Source: Octopus vulgaris (Eukaryota). From it: a stretch of DNA of 64,000 bases. The stretch covers positions 131,254,001 through 131,318,000 of the forward strand of contig OX597819.1 of the NCBI GenBank assembly GCA_951406725.2, read 5' to 3'. Made by a program: the position numbers and the translations under genes. The notes beneath the pieces were generated by a model. It saw only the letters and a list, made by a program, of their open reading frames with translations. It ran no database searches and had not been told where the DNA came from. Shown here one piece after another: positions 11,410-23,971 of this stretch (positions within the stretch are counted from its first letter, which is position 1; every line of letters starts with the position of its first letter).

Positions 11410-12975
11410 CCAATCAGTATAGGGGACACCAAAGTTGAGTAAGAAACAGCAATGTGAAGAACGAGGCTGTTTGTCACTGCCTGAGTTACCAGGAGCTTCA
11501 AGACACCCAGTTTATCCTGTGAGAACTGCCAGAAACCACCTCACTTTCCTTGCTAACTTTGAACTTCATACCTTTCTCAATTTGTGGCATGTGCCCCAGG
11601 CAAGAACTTTCCTTGCTACGATCTCTTTTTCAGTACTTTGTGTCCATGCACCAAGGTATTTGAAATCTTCAACTACCTTCAGTGACTTACTGTCTTAACT
11701 GTCACTGACACACATATTTCGTGGTTGAATAGCTTGCAGCTCTGTTTTCTTTGCATCACAGTACAATCCTTCCTTCCCCAATTCCTGCTCTAATCTACTC
11801 AGCACCTCCTGTGCCTGATCTGTCCTCTCTGTTAGTAATTCCATGGCATCAGCATAGTCTAAGTCAATCACTGTTACTGCTTGATGCCGTCTACTTCTTT
11901 GCCTATGCAGTTTGAATCCCAGTTCTTCTTCCTTGCCCTCCTACGTTCTATGCATTACATAGTCCAGAATGATGGTGAAGAGACAAGGTGCCAGCATGTC
12001 GCCTTGTAATACTCTGGCTTTGACTTCAAAATATTCCGTTTCTCCATCTCTCCAGTGATTACTTTCTCGCTGCTCTTCTCATACATCTTACTTATTGCTC
12101 TCAGAATTCTTGGTGGAATACCATATGCTTTAAGTATCTGGCCGATGCCAGCGCCACCTTGACTGGCTTCCGTGCCGGTGGCATGTAAAATGCACCAATC
12201 CGATCGTGGCCGTTGCCAGCCTCTCCTGGCACCTGTGCCAGTGGCACGTACAAAGCACCCACTACACTCATGGAGTGGTTGGTGTTAGGAAGGGCATCCA
12301 GCTGTAGAAACACTGCCAGATTAGACTGGAGCCTGGTGCAGCCTTCTGGCTTCCCAGATCCCCAGTTGAACCGTCCAACCCATGCCAGCACGGAAAACGG
12401 ACGTTAAATGATGATGATGTCATCATTCCTCTATGTATTGAATCAAAAGCCTTTTTTAAGGTCTACATAGATAATGACAGTCTTCCTGTTATGGCTCTTA
12501 ACTCCCTCTATCAGTCTTCTAAGTGCGATAGTGTGAGATGTTGTTGACCGTTCTGATCTGAATCCATTTTGATTTGGTTGCAATTGTTTGTCTATCTTAG
12601 GTTGTATTCGGTTAAGTATCATCTTGTTGACCATTTTTGCTACAATGGATGACAGACTGACCGCTTAGGTTTCCAGTTTTGGGCAGCAGTAGCAAGTCTA
12701 TCTCTGACCATTGTTCTGGTTCCACATTGTCATTTAGTAGTTTGTTTGCGAATTCAAGGATGATGTCGTCTAAATCACATCTTTTTAGTACTTCTGGTGG
12801 GATGTTGTCAGGACCAGATTGTTTTCCTTCTTTCAGGTTACTTGTAGCTCTTTCTATTTCTTGTTTTGTGAAGTCTCCATCCTCCACTTGCAAACCATCA
12901 AGTATCTTTCCGAATTCTTCATGTTCTGTTTCTCTGTCAATTTCTGGATCCTTCCCAAGTAAGTTGTAGAAATGT
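11410..12975 (-). mobile_element. degenerate non-LTR retrotransposon (second RTE/RTEX-like family), interrupted by an RTE tail at ~12139-12420
   Basis: KQSGPDNIPPEVLK, QNGFRSERST, YVDLKKAFD, LQGDMLAP and DLDYAD RT motifs with frameshifts. Confidence 0.85.
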
Positions 12976-15900
12976 CTTTTTAGTTAACTACAAATTTTCA
13001 TTATTTCTGTTTTTCATCTAGCGTGAAAATTAAGGTTTTAAATTTATTTAATGCAAAGCTAAATGCTAAGCTTTTTTTCCTTTTTTTTCTTTTGTATTTT
13101 CCACTCCCTTTTGTTTAAAGTGAGTGAATTGGTTGAAAAGAAATCCAGAAGCTGACATTTGGAGTTTCCAGCTACTTATCCGTAGTTCCTATCTTCCAGA
13201 TTAGGTTTCGGGAGAGAGTGGCCTGGTGCTTCAATGATGGACAGTCTATCATATTTTGCAGGCAGGTAGGCTAGGTCACAACACAATGTTGTTGGGCTGG
13301 TTTAACCTGCCCCCAACTTTCCACACTGTTGGGGACAGTTGGTGACACCCTCCACTCTCTTTGACCTTCTCTTCCTCTCAAACCATTTTCTTTTACTCTT
13401 GGAAAATAACTTTTAAAATAATTATTTAGACAAGTTCATCATCATTTAACGTCCGTTTTCCATGCTAGCATGGGTTGGATGGTTCAACCGGGGTCTGAGA
13501 AGCCAGGGGCTGCACCAGGCTCCAGTCTGATCTGGCAGTGTTTCTACAGCTGGATGCCCTTCCTAACGCCAACCTCTCCGTGAGTGTAGTAAGTGCTTTT
13601 TATGTGAAGTTGTTTCAGAATTTTTAAAATTTATAATTTCAGTAAATATTAATTGTAAATAAAAAAAAGTTTTTTAATTTAAAAAAAAATTTTCCAAATG
13701 GTATTTTAGATATAAGATTCTGATTTGATTTCTTTTAATTCTGAAAGTATTTAAGATGACCAGTTAATGGGATGCTTTCTAACTTTATGATAATCATGTT
13801 TTGCTACAGAGTCCAAAGTCTTTGAAAATGGTTGGGGGTGAGTGCCATTTTCAAAAACTCTTTCAAAATAATTGGAACAACAACAACAGCAACAAATATC
13901 ACAAATGGTCAGTCTTTGGAATATCATAGTAAAGGTATTGTAATTTTCAATCTCAGTTGGTTTTTCTTGTTTGACCCATTGTCATGGTAACCCAAACCAA
14001 ATATAATCGATTTATTAAACTGTTTAAACATACAGGTAAGTCTGCTTCTCCCTGTTTTCTTCTTCTTCTTCTTTGTAACCCAAGTGAAACGTTAAAAGTA
14101 CACCCACCCCCCTCTTCCCTCACCAATGACATTCAGTGTTGCTTTTTGTAGAAATAACCATGGTCTCTGTTTCGTTTTGTGTCTTGGTATGGAAACATTT
14201 TTTTTAAATAACTAAACTTTTAATGAGGTTTCAATCACATCCAAAGTTTTCTGTTCTGTGCATTAGTTCTCTGGTTGATTAGGTCTCTTTGAAATAATAT
14301 TGGATTCTCTTCAGATAGTGATTGCTGAAAAATCCAAAAGAATCTTGAGGTAGAGAAAACTTTAATTTGGACTCCTCCTGGTTCCATCGATGAAGGAAAT
14401 AAAAACTGGTCAGTGTTGTTTAATTTGCAGAGGTTTTGTGGGTTTTTTTTTTTTTGATAACTAGCGTCGGTGTGTTTACATCCCCCATAACTTTGCAGTT
14501 TGGCAAGAAACCAATAGAATAAGAACCAGGCTTTCAAAAAAAAAATAATACTGGAGTTGACTCATTCAACTAAAAATTGAAAGCAGTGCCCCAGCAGAAT
14601 GATTGAAATAGAAGAGAAATTGTTCCCTCTTTACATATTGTTGCATCATTTTATATTTTCAAACTTTGGGGTTTACACACCAAACTCTTATCTTTTCTTA
14701 CTTTTTTGCTCTCTCTCTAATTATCTCTTTTAATGACTGCCAGACAAGGCAGAACCTTGGAAGCCTCACAGAGGCCAATGTGGCCCATGCCAGTGTTGTG
14801 TAAATGGCACCAGTGCCAATGGCACATAAAAGGCACCTTTTGAGCGTTGGGCTTCACGGAGGCAATGACAAATGACCGAGATCTTTGTCGATATACTGTG
14901 CTTGAGAAGATGCATGAAGCCAAGTGAAATCAGAGCCGTGGCAGATACTGGTGTCGCACAACTGGCACCCATGCCGGTGGCACATAAAAACACACATTAC
15001 ACTGAGTGGTTGGCATTAAGAAGAGCATCCAGCTGTAGAAACCATGTCAAAAAGAGACTGGAGTATGGTGCGGCCCTGGTCAAGCCATCCAACCCATGCC
15101 AGCATGGACAACAGACATTAAATGATGATAGGATTTCTAAACCTGTCACAATCTCTCTACTCTCATTATTAGTTCTCTCGTGTGTGTGTGTTTATATTTA
15201 AATTTTTTGTTTTCTTGGAATCTTGTAAATTATATTTTCATTTTGACATTCAGAGACTTACCAAGTTTTAAAGGAAATCATAATCTTCATCAGTTCCAAA
15301 GTGTGTCTCTACTGTGTCCACTGCTAACAGATTGTTTATGGCACACACACACACACACACACTCTGTATGTACAATACTTACATAGAAATCTTTTCAACC
15401 AACCAACCTGGGTCTGCTTCCACTGTAGGTGCTTTGCTGGTAAGGCTTTCACTTTTATTGAAATCCTCATAACGTTATGGAATTCCAGCATTATAAGATT
15501 TGAAGGTTCAATCAGGCCATGGCTTCAAAAGTTTTATTTGCTGCCTTTCCAAGAGACAATCTTTATTACAATTTTGATTTTCTTCTCTTGGAGCATTTGC
15601 CACTCGTTATCCTATTTACTGCCATTATCAACAGTTTAATTGATTTAATTGGATGAAATTTCTTTCCTATATCAGCAAACATCCCTGCTATAAATTTGGT
15701 GGCCTGAAGTGCCAAATAAGAGAATTGACAATATTTCACAACTCTGATGTTAAATATTTGGTTTATCTGTACATTTATTTGGTGCTTAAATTTGGGAAGA
15801 ATTTGTTTTCATTTCAAAATAAGTTATTTTGTACCTAAAAATTTCTAAAGATCTATTTTGGGAGTGTATTATTATTATCTCCAGACTTAGGAACCTAGTG

Positions 15901-16090
15901 CTATGGATTCTAATAGTTGAGGAAAGTTGTTTGGGTTTTTTTTTTGTAATTTAAGAATATTTCTGGTGTTTTTGAATCTAGAATGATTTTAATGTCCTCA
16001 CTGATGGTCTGTTTTGCAATATAAACGCAACAAGAATTCTATTTTTCTTAATTAAAGCAAAGGAGAAGAAAATAAAAAATCTTTGAAGCA

Positions 16091-16096
16091 TTTATT
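16091..16096 (-). promoter_or_regulatory. candidate SCPEP1 polyadenylation signal
   Basis: AATAAA on the minus strand about 75 nt after the stop codon. Confidence 0.35.
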
Positions 16097-16170
16097 TTTG
16101 GCAATTTTCACCGGAGAACAAAATACTCAGGTCCTTGAAGGCTTGTGTAGGGTTGACCTTTCTGTTAAGC

Positions 16171-16227
16171 TCAAGCTAAAATTAATTTGACCATTTGCAA
16201 TGCACCCGTTGGATTATCTGATGGAAT
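16171..16227 (-). CDS. SCPEP1: SCPEP1-like last coding exon
   Basis: ttctcttgtAG|ATT...GCT TGA. Translates IPSDNPTGALQMVKLILA* (cf. VPSDQGDMALKMMRLV). Confidence 0.93.
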   Translation of the reverse strand: MPSDNPTGALQMVKLILA

Positions 16228-16586
16228 CTACAAGAGAAAAATAGAAAATGGAATTGGTTTTTTTTAACTGTGCAAGAGCTGCTGCTGCTAATTAAAAGGG
16301 CTTTGCTTTAATCAATGGACCCCCACTGACAACCATCTTATTTGGCTGAAACAAAACAAATGTTGATTTCTATACTTTAGATGAATTACAAAATGGTCAC
16401 CCACCTGGATTGTTCCCTGCCTTTCAGGTGTACTACTACTACTAATACTACACTGCATTCATTTGTATGAAAACAAAAGTAAACAAACCAGTAGAAGTCT
16501 ATTTTGCTGTATTTGTATTTTGTGTGGAATCAATTTGTGATGTTTAAACCCCGAAATACAATGGAAAACAAAGGGTGAATACTTAC

Positions 16587-16741
16587 CATGTGACCTGCAT
16601 TTAACATCCAGTAGAATGAGAAATTTTTTAGGCTTCTTTTATATCCCATAACAGTTTGTGTGATTGGATCAACAAGAATTCTTCTTTTGGTGTTTTTAAA
16701 GGCCATGGCAATGTCCAGATCATCCACCCATTTTTCAGTAC
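16587..16741 (-). CDS. SCPEP1: SCPEP1-like exon 11 (catalytic His)
   Basis: caaacAG|GT ACT...CAC ATG|GTaagt. Translates (G)TEKWVDDLDIAMAFKNTKRRILVDPITQTVMGYKRSLKNFSFYWMLNAGHM (AGHM motif). Confidence 0.95.
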
Positions 16742-18049
16742 CTGTTTGAAGAATTTCAATTAAACTTTGGCACAAATATTGGTTTAATATCAATGGATTT
16801 CACTCATTCATCTAACAGCAGCTAAATACCTGCTTTAGTTCAATTTACTCTGATATTGAGCTTTAATATAAAGTTTTCTATAGTAAATGTTGCTGGGTAG
16901 ACATGACAGCTGTGTTCACTCTGAAGGATTACAGAAAATTGAAAACGACACCACTTGTGTGACAGTGACTCTTATTTACAACTATTGTACAAGGTAAGGA
17001 AAAACAAATACACACTGCATAAACAGTGAGCTTCTTTCAGTTTCCATCCATCAAATTCATTCAAAAATCTGGCTTCTACATAAAACACTTGTCTAAGATG
17101 CCACAACATGGAGAGGGTTTCCCCCCTCCTCTCCATATGTAAATTGTACAAGTTTACCAAAACTTTTCCCCAGAAATAGTAAATACTCACCTGGTGCCGT
17201 GGAGTAGTTCTCTTATTGAGTATCAGAGCTCAATGAGATAAAACGAATTTCATCGAAATCAGACGAAAATCCTTATTTAATGGTCCCTTTTTTTCTTTTT
17301 TGTGCTGGCTTGAGTTGAACAGTTTAACAGGGTTTGGTGATCCACAGGGCTTTACATTGTGCTCCATAGATGCCCTTACAGTGTATTCTGGGTGCCCTTT
17401 TTGTGTCCCTAGGGGATCCTCTCAATTGGAGGGGGCAATGTTTAATTTCACACCAGAAATTAATAGGGAGTTTTTTCCTAATTCTGCATCCCTTACTTTG
17501 GTCTTCAAAATTCCTGGCAATATTTTTGCCAAATTTACCTGCCCCCTTCCCTTTTCCAATCCTGTCATTCTGCTCTACCCTGAGGCTTTATCATCATCAT
17601 GCCTCTCTTTCCTGTCGCTCTATCAAATTTTAACTGCTCCTCACCAGAAAAAGTCACTTCCCCTCAATACTTCACTGCCCTTCACTCAAGGGGTCTTGTC
17701 TAGGTGACCTTACAACTGCTGGTGGCACGTAAAAGCACCCAATGCACTCTATGAAGTGGTTGGTATTACAAAAGGCATCCAGCCACAGAAACCATTCCAA
17801 AGCCGACATTGGCATTCAGTACAGTCGTCTGGGCTCTGTCAAAGCCTCCAAACAATGATGCCAGTACGGAAGAGTAAAAGTTACAGACAACTTTTTTTTT
17901 TTTTCCAAAGTTAACAAAAGCAAATTTCTGTGGCATCTGCTTTTTTTAAATTTTTTTTTTTTAATTGTGTAATGACAACAAAATATATTTTGAAATAAAG
18001 AATTAAAAACGTTTTTTTTTTTTTGTCCCCCCCCCCCCCCTCACCATCC

Positions 18050-18337
18050 AACCAAAATGCAAATATATGGGAAACTACCACCTGTATCATCTCTTGTGAA
18101 ATGTAGGAGAGTCCAGTATGCTGGACATTGTTGTAGAGCTGAAAAAGAGGTAATTTCTACTCTTCTCCTCTGGAAGCCATCTACTCGCGATACCAGAGGG
18201 CGCACACTCTCCTACCCTGATGTAATCTCCAGGGATACAGGCATCCAGCACCAGGACCTCCATAATGCCATGATGGACCGTGAAGTCTGGCGTAGCATGG
18301 TAAATTCCATTGTCTCGAACAATGATGATGATGTGAT
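18050..18337 (+). mobile_element. 3' end of RTE/RTEX-like LINE with (GAT)n tail
   Basis: IYGKLPPVSSLVKCRRVQYAGHCCRA...MMDREVWRSMV, a typical ORF2 C-terminus. Confidence 0.75.
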
Positions 18338-18408
18338 CTGATTATGCTAAACATTACAATATATTCAGTGTAAACAGGATAAATAAGGAAACCAGTTGTT
18401 CTACTCAC

Positions 18409-18486
18409 CTAAGGTTGCCACAATAAGGTCCAGTTGTCCACTGTAAACCACCACTTTTAGTCTGCTCGAACGGATCAGCTCGTTAA
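18409..18486 (-). CDS. SCPEP1: SCPEP1-like exon 10 (catalytic Asp)
   Basis: ttcccgtAG|TT AAC...TTA G|GTgagt. Translates (V)NELIRSSRLKVVVYSGQLDLIVATL (GQLDLIV motif). Absent from the ORF track. Confidence 0.95.
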
Positions 18487-18521
18487 CTACGGGAAACAAA
18501 TCCACAAATGGCATCAGATAA

Positions 18522-18907
18522 TCTTTATATATAAAAGAGAGGTTGTGTGTCTGTCTGTCTCCTACGATTTAGATTCCTAACTACTCCCACATTTTGCTGT
18601 GCAGTTTAACCAAAACCGGGTATCTTATAGTCGTGATTCATATTGAGCCCTTCTGGGTATTAGCGCGCGTCTATGATTTAAAAAAAAATTTACCATTTTT
18701 TTCCCATTTTAATGCATTTTTTCGCTATTATATAAGGGAAGTAACTCTCTAAAAATGTCTACGATGAGTCAATGATTTTTAAAAAAATTTACCATAATTT
18801 ACATCAATTTAATTACCATTTTTAATGCAATTTTTGGCTATAACTCTAAAAATGCTTATATAGTTATTTCCCTTAGAAATCCGAGCAACGCCGGGCGATA
18901 CTGCTAG
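18522..18907 (+). mobile_element. non-autonomous Helitron
   Basis: 5' TCtttatatataaa start, subterminal hairpin ccgagcaacgccggg (18881-18895), CTAG 3' end, inserted between A and T with no target-site duplication. Confidence 0.85.
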
Positions 18908-20319
18908 TATTGATTACAATAACATTGGTTTGAAATGAAAATGATTGGGTTCAAAATTGATGGTCAACTGATTGCAGTTATTGGAATTGGTTTCTGCTAT
19001 AAGTGATGGGAATGCATGCAGTGCCAATGATCCCAGCAGGGAACCCTCCACGCGTTTGCAAGTCCCTACCCTGCATATGTGAGACTGATGGCATTAAAGT
19101 TCCTGTGGAACCTTCAGCACTTGCAGGAAAGGAGGGAGGCATGACTTGGGGGATGGGAGGAGCAGAGGCAATCACAGTAGCTGTAGAAAATCCACAGCGC
19201 ACTTGTGGGGGCCCCAGAGGCAGCTGGAGATTAGCTGTGACTTTATGGCAGACCAGTCTGGTGGTGGTGGTGGTGGTTATCTGCAATGCACGTTCTGGGA
19301 TGTCTGTCTTTGATGTTTTGGGGATGAAGTATCTTCAGACGTTCCGGGGGAAGAACCGGTTGATGGAACGTGGTCCTAGCTCTGTTACATTGGGTTGGTG
19401 CAGGAGATATAAAACTGTTGTAAATTATAAAACAATCATCAATTATGCTCCAACCTAATAGAAACAAAATGAAGAAGTGTTCTAACGCAATATCTCTACT
19501 TTTAAAAGAGGGAAGTAAAGATTACCTTTTGGCATTAATCCTCATTCTGTCGCTATTAACTATCAATAAGTCCACTGGCCATTTGCAATGCCAGTGCCCG
19601 AACAGACACAGAGATTCCATGTCTATCACCATTATCTCTGGCTTTAGGTGTCTACCATTGACAAGGCCAAGGAAGGCTGAAATCACATGACCTGGCTAGT
19701 TCCAGCAATATGACCATGAGTGCTTATATGCACCAAAGGCCAAGATAAGAGATTCTCTCTCTCTTGTGGTCACCTGTTGCAGTATTCTGTATCCCAACAC
19801 ATTCCCCTCCCCCTTTTTTAAGTGAGGATAAATGTTACCCATTGGTGTTTGTACTGCTTCTGTGTTGCTGTTATTTTTTAAAAAGAAAAGTGATGGAGTG
19901 GGGGAGGAGAGCGTTAAAAATTGTGATTACAGTAAATTAAACCCCGTAACATTTGTCACTAATGTAATAATGTAACTTGGCTGCTTGGAAACGAAGGGGG
20001 TTAGTCCAGCATGCTACTCTCCTGACCCCTCACCCTAAATTGCTGGCCTTGTGCCAAGATTTGAGATGTATTTTTACAGCTGTTTTTACATAAAGCACAT
20101 CACAAATTTGTAAGGTTGGTTCTGAGCCGAAACTAAATTCAGTGCAGGACAATGGTATCTACTGACCCCTCTCCATCCAACTGGGTTTGAATTTACTGCT
20201 GGTATTAAAATTAATCCAGCATTTCAATGACAGTTGGGCCCTGCTTACAATGTTCTCTCTTCACTGAGGGTCCAGCTGAGTTGTTGGCTCATCACATGCC
20301 ATATATGGTCACGGCAAAT

Positions 20320-20530
20320 ACTCTTTTACTTGTTTCAGTCATTTGACTGCGGCCATGCTGGAGCACCACCTTTAGTTGAGCAAATCGACCCTAGGACTTA
20401 TTCTTTGTAAGCCTAGTACTTATTCTATCGGTCTCTTTTTGCCGAACCACTAAGTGACGGGGACGTAAACACACCAGCATCAGTTGTCAAGCGATGGTGG
20501 GGGGACAAACACAGACACACAAACATATAT

Positions 20531-20566
<36 letters not shown>

Positions 20567-20730
20567 ACGACAGGCTTCTTTCAGTTTCCGTCAACCAAAT
20601 CCACTCACAAGGCATTGGTCGGCCCGAGGCTATAGCAGAAGACATTTGCCCAAGATGCCACGCAGTGGGACTAAACCCGGAACCATGTGGTTGGTTAGCA
20701 AGCTACTTACCACACAGCCACTCCTGCGCC
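20320..20730 (-). mobile_element. tRNA-derived SINE family A, full length
   Basis: Head ggcgcaggagtggctgtgtggtaag with B-box-like gggtttagtccc, internal (TA)n, and ...gaaacaagtaaaagag tail. Confidence 0.88.
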
Positions 20731-21737
20731 TATGAGGAGGTTATCTTGCAGAGATGGGGACAGACTGGGATTCTGCTTGACAAATTGGCCCAGACAGAGA
20801 GTGCAAGCAATGGCACCATGGCCTCACACCTGAATTAACTGGCATTTCAGCAAGTGGTGCTTAAAAATAAATTACATTTTATGTTTATCTCATCTGCTTT
20901 TTTAGAATGTATTGGAAACACTTGGTGCTTCTACCAATTTCAGGATGAAAACAAATACACTTCAGGGATTTATATCTGCCAACTTCAGATGCTAAAGGAA
21001 ATCCCAAGTAACCATGCCTGCAACAGCAGACTTTGATAGGGTCCACATAAGATTATTGTTGTTAAAATTTGTGTGCAATAATTTGGTTATATTTCTACAA
21101 CACGCTAAATATTTTTAATAATTTTTTTTTAAATACAATTCTTCATCATCATTTAGCATCCAGCTTTCCATGCTGGCATGGGGTGGACAGTTTGACCGGG
21201 ACTGCTAAGCTGGAGAGCTGCATCAAATTCCAGTCTGATTTGGCATGGGTTTTCTATGGCTGGATGCCCTTCCTAATGCCAACCACTCCAAGAGTGTAAT
21301 GGGTGCCTTTTACGTACCACTTAGATGACACCAGTAACAGCCACAACTATTTTCTCATTAATATGCAGTTCATTACCTGTAAAGGAATGTGTCCAGAGAG
21401 CGCTGACTGATGTATGCAATAAGTAAACCAGCAATTGCTGACAAACTATGCTTGCAAAGACCTGTTGTGGCTGATGACAGTACTGCCTGATTGGCACCTG
21501 TGCAGGTGGCATGTAAAAAGCACTATTTGAGTGTGGCTGGTGCTAGTGCCGCCTGACTGGCCCTCGTGCCAGTGACACGTAAAAGCACCCACTACATTCT
21601 CGGAGTGGTTGGCGTTAGGAAGGGCAGATCAAACTGCCAGATCAGATTGGAGCCTGGTGCAGCCATCTGGTTTATCAAACTGTCCAACTCATGCCAGCAT
21701 GGAAAGCGGATGTTAACGATGATGATGATGATTGAAA

Positions 21738-21873
21738 GATAAATTATCCATATATTGCAGAAAAACTTTGTCAGTGGCCAGCCATGAGACTCAAACTCAT
21801 CCCTGGGATGTGAGTTCAAGTCTCATGGCTGACCAGTAACAAAGTTTTTTCTGCAATATATGGATAGTTTATC
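21738..21873. repeat. ~65-bp-arm palindrome containing tRNA B-box-like motif
   Basis: gataaattatccatatattgcagaaaaactttg... pairs with ...caaagttttttctgcaatatatggatagtttatc, centred on atccc-t-gggat. Confidence 0.9.
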
Positions 21874-22599
21874 CTCTTCATGCCATTCTGTTAGCATTAT
21901 TCTGCATTTGAGAATAAAACTATTTCCTTATCTGCATCATTCTATACATCTCAACTCTTCTAAAGCAAACTTTGTTGACTTTCATCCTAAGTTGAATTTA
22001 ATATTTAATTCTAAAAATATAATAGGATGTTTTTTTTTAATCATCAAATGGCTATGAAGATCCATCCAAATAAAATAGAAATCAAAGGGGTCCATGGGTT
22101 AAAAAAAAAGGGGGTTAACCACAGCTCCACAACCTGAAATATATTTCAGTAAATTGAACAACTGTGGATACAAACTGAAGAGGCTCAGAAATATCGTTGG
22201 ATGAAATTTCACTGGAAACATTTTTGCTGTAGGAAAATTTGCCATAAAAATAAAAAAGATGAGTTTTCTTAAAATGGCAACTTCCTCAATTAACCTACCA
22301 ATTAGAGAATGGTAATTTCTTTAAAATGAGTTTTCTTGTTTACCGTCTGCTTTTGTGCCTCTTTTAGGGTGACAAATTTTCCAATTGTAAAAAATGTTTA
22401 AAGCAAATTTTCTGGACACAAACGTTATATTTAGCATTGTTTAACGAGTCTACAGATGGCTTATGTATATGTGTGAGGAGGTAACAATTTTCTGTTGGTG
22501 TGTGGTCTGCATATTGTGGATGAAACAATCGAGATGAGAATGGAAATATACGTGTCCAGTGCAGACATGAAATACATTGAAATGACAAGAGTTCCTTAC

Positions 22600-22662
22600 C
22601 AACTTTAGTTTCTGCTTTCATGAATTCACCCACCTGTGCTGCAAACACTCTCCCAGCTTGAC
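22600..22662 (-). CDS. SCPEP1: SCPEP1-like exon 9
   Basis: aattccAG|GT CAA...GTT G|GTaagg. Translates (S)QAGRVFAAQVGEFMKAETKV (cf. QATNVF...DFMKP). Phase 1 at both ends. Confidence 0.9.
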
Positions 22663-23546
22663 CTGGAATTAAAAAACAATAATCCTCATAAACTATGGAA
22701 AAGAAAAATGAAAGAAAGACAAACAATAGTCTACAGATATCATCATCATCATAGGTCTACGTTCCATGTTGGCACCAGTTGGATGGTTCCACCCTTTTAC
22801 CATTCATCTTTCTCTGTCAAATGTAATGTTTTATTTTTTCACATTGTTTTGTAGCTTTGAGACGATTTCTTTCTAGAATGACATTATAATGTAGGTGTGA
22901 GAGGCCATATATGGCTGGTTTGAGCATAAAACAAAATATTTGAACCAGGATTAAACACTAAAAGATTAAAAAGATCCATGGACCGCATTGTGCTCTGATG
23001 TCTGTTTTTACATGGTTTCTATGGCCCAGCGCCCTTCCTAATTCCAGCCACTTTACAGAGTGTATTGGCTGATTTTATTCATGACACCAACATCAGTGAT
23101 GATTTTTTATGTGTGGTTAGGGAGCTTGCTTCCTAGCTACATGGTTTCGGGTTCAGTCCCACTACGTGGCACTTTGGGTAGGTGTCTTCTGCTATAGCCC
23201 CGAACCGACCGAAGCTTTGTGATTGAATTCGGCAGGCGGAAGTTACTGCCGTGTGTGTAGGTGCTTGTGCCTCTCCGAAAGAGAGAGAGGGATATATATA
23301 TATATATATATATCGATCGTGGCCGTTTGCCAGCCTCCTCTGGCCCCTGTGCCGGTAGCACGTAAAAAGCACCCACTACACTCACAGAATGGTTGACGTT
23401 AGGAAGGGCATCCAGCTGTAGAAACTCTGCCAGATCAAGATTGGAGCCTGGTGCAGCCTCCGGTTGAACTGTCCAACCCACGGTAGCATGGAAAATGGAT
23501 GTTAAATGATAATATATATATATATATAGATATATATATATATATA

Positions 23547-23950
23547 GGTGCAGGAGTGGCTGTGTGGTAAGTAGCTTGTTTACCAACCACATGGTTCCGG
23601 GTTCAGTCCCACTGCGTGGCATCTTGGGCAAGTGTCTTCTGCTATAGTCCCGGGCCGACCAATGCCTTGTGAGTGGATTTGGTAGACGGAAACTGAAAGA
23701 AGCCTGTCGTATATATGTATATATATATATATAAGTGTGTGTATATGTTTGTGTGTCTGTGTTTGTCCCCCTAGCATTGCTTGACAACTGATGCTGGTGT
23801 GTTTATGTCCCCGTCACTTAGCGGTTCGGCAAAAGAGACCGATAGAATAAGTACTGGGCTTACAAAGAATAAGTCCCGGGTTCGATTTGATCGACTAAAG
23901 GTGGTGCTCCAGCATGGCCGCAGTCAAATGACTGAAACAAGTAAAAGAGT
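23547..23950 (+). mobile_element. tRNA-derived SINE family A, full length
   Basis: Family A consensus; preceded by a partial copy (23112-23275) and an RTE tail (23313-23510). Confidence 0.88.
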
Positions 23951-23971
23951 ATATACACACACACACACATA

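Noticed and set aside
22165-22200. Hammerhead-like CUGAAGAG...GAAA
   Set aside because: No convincing stem I, II or III pairing.
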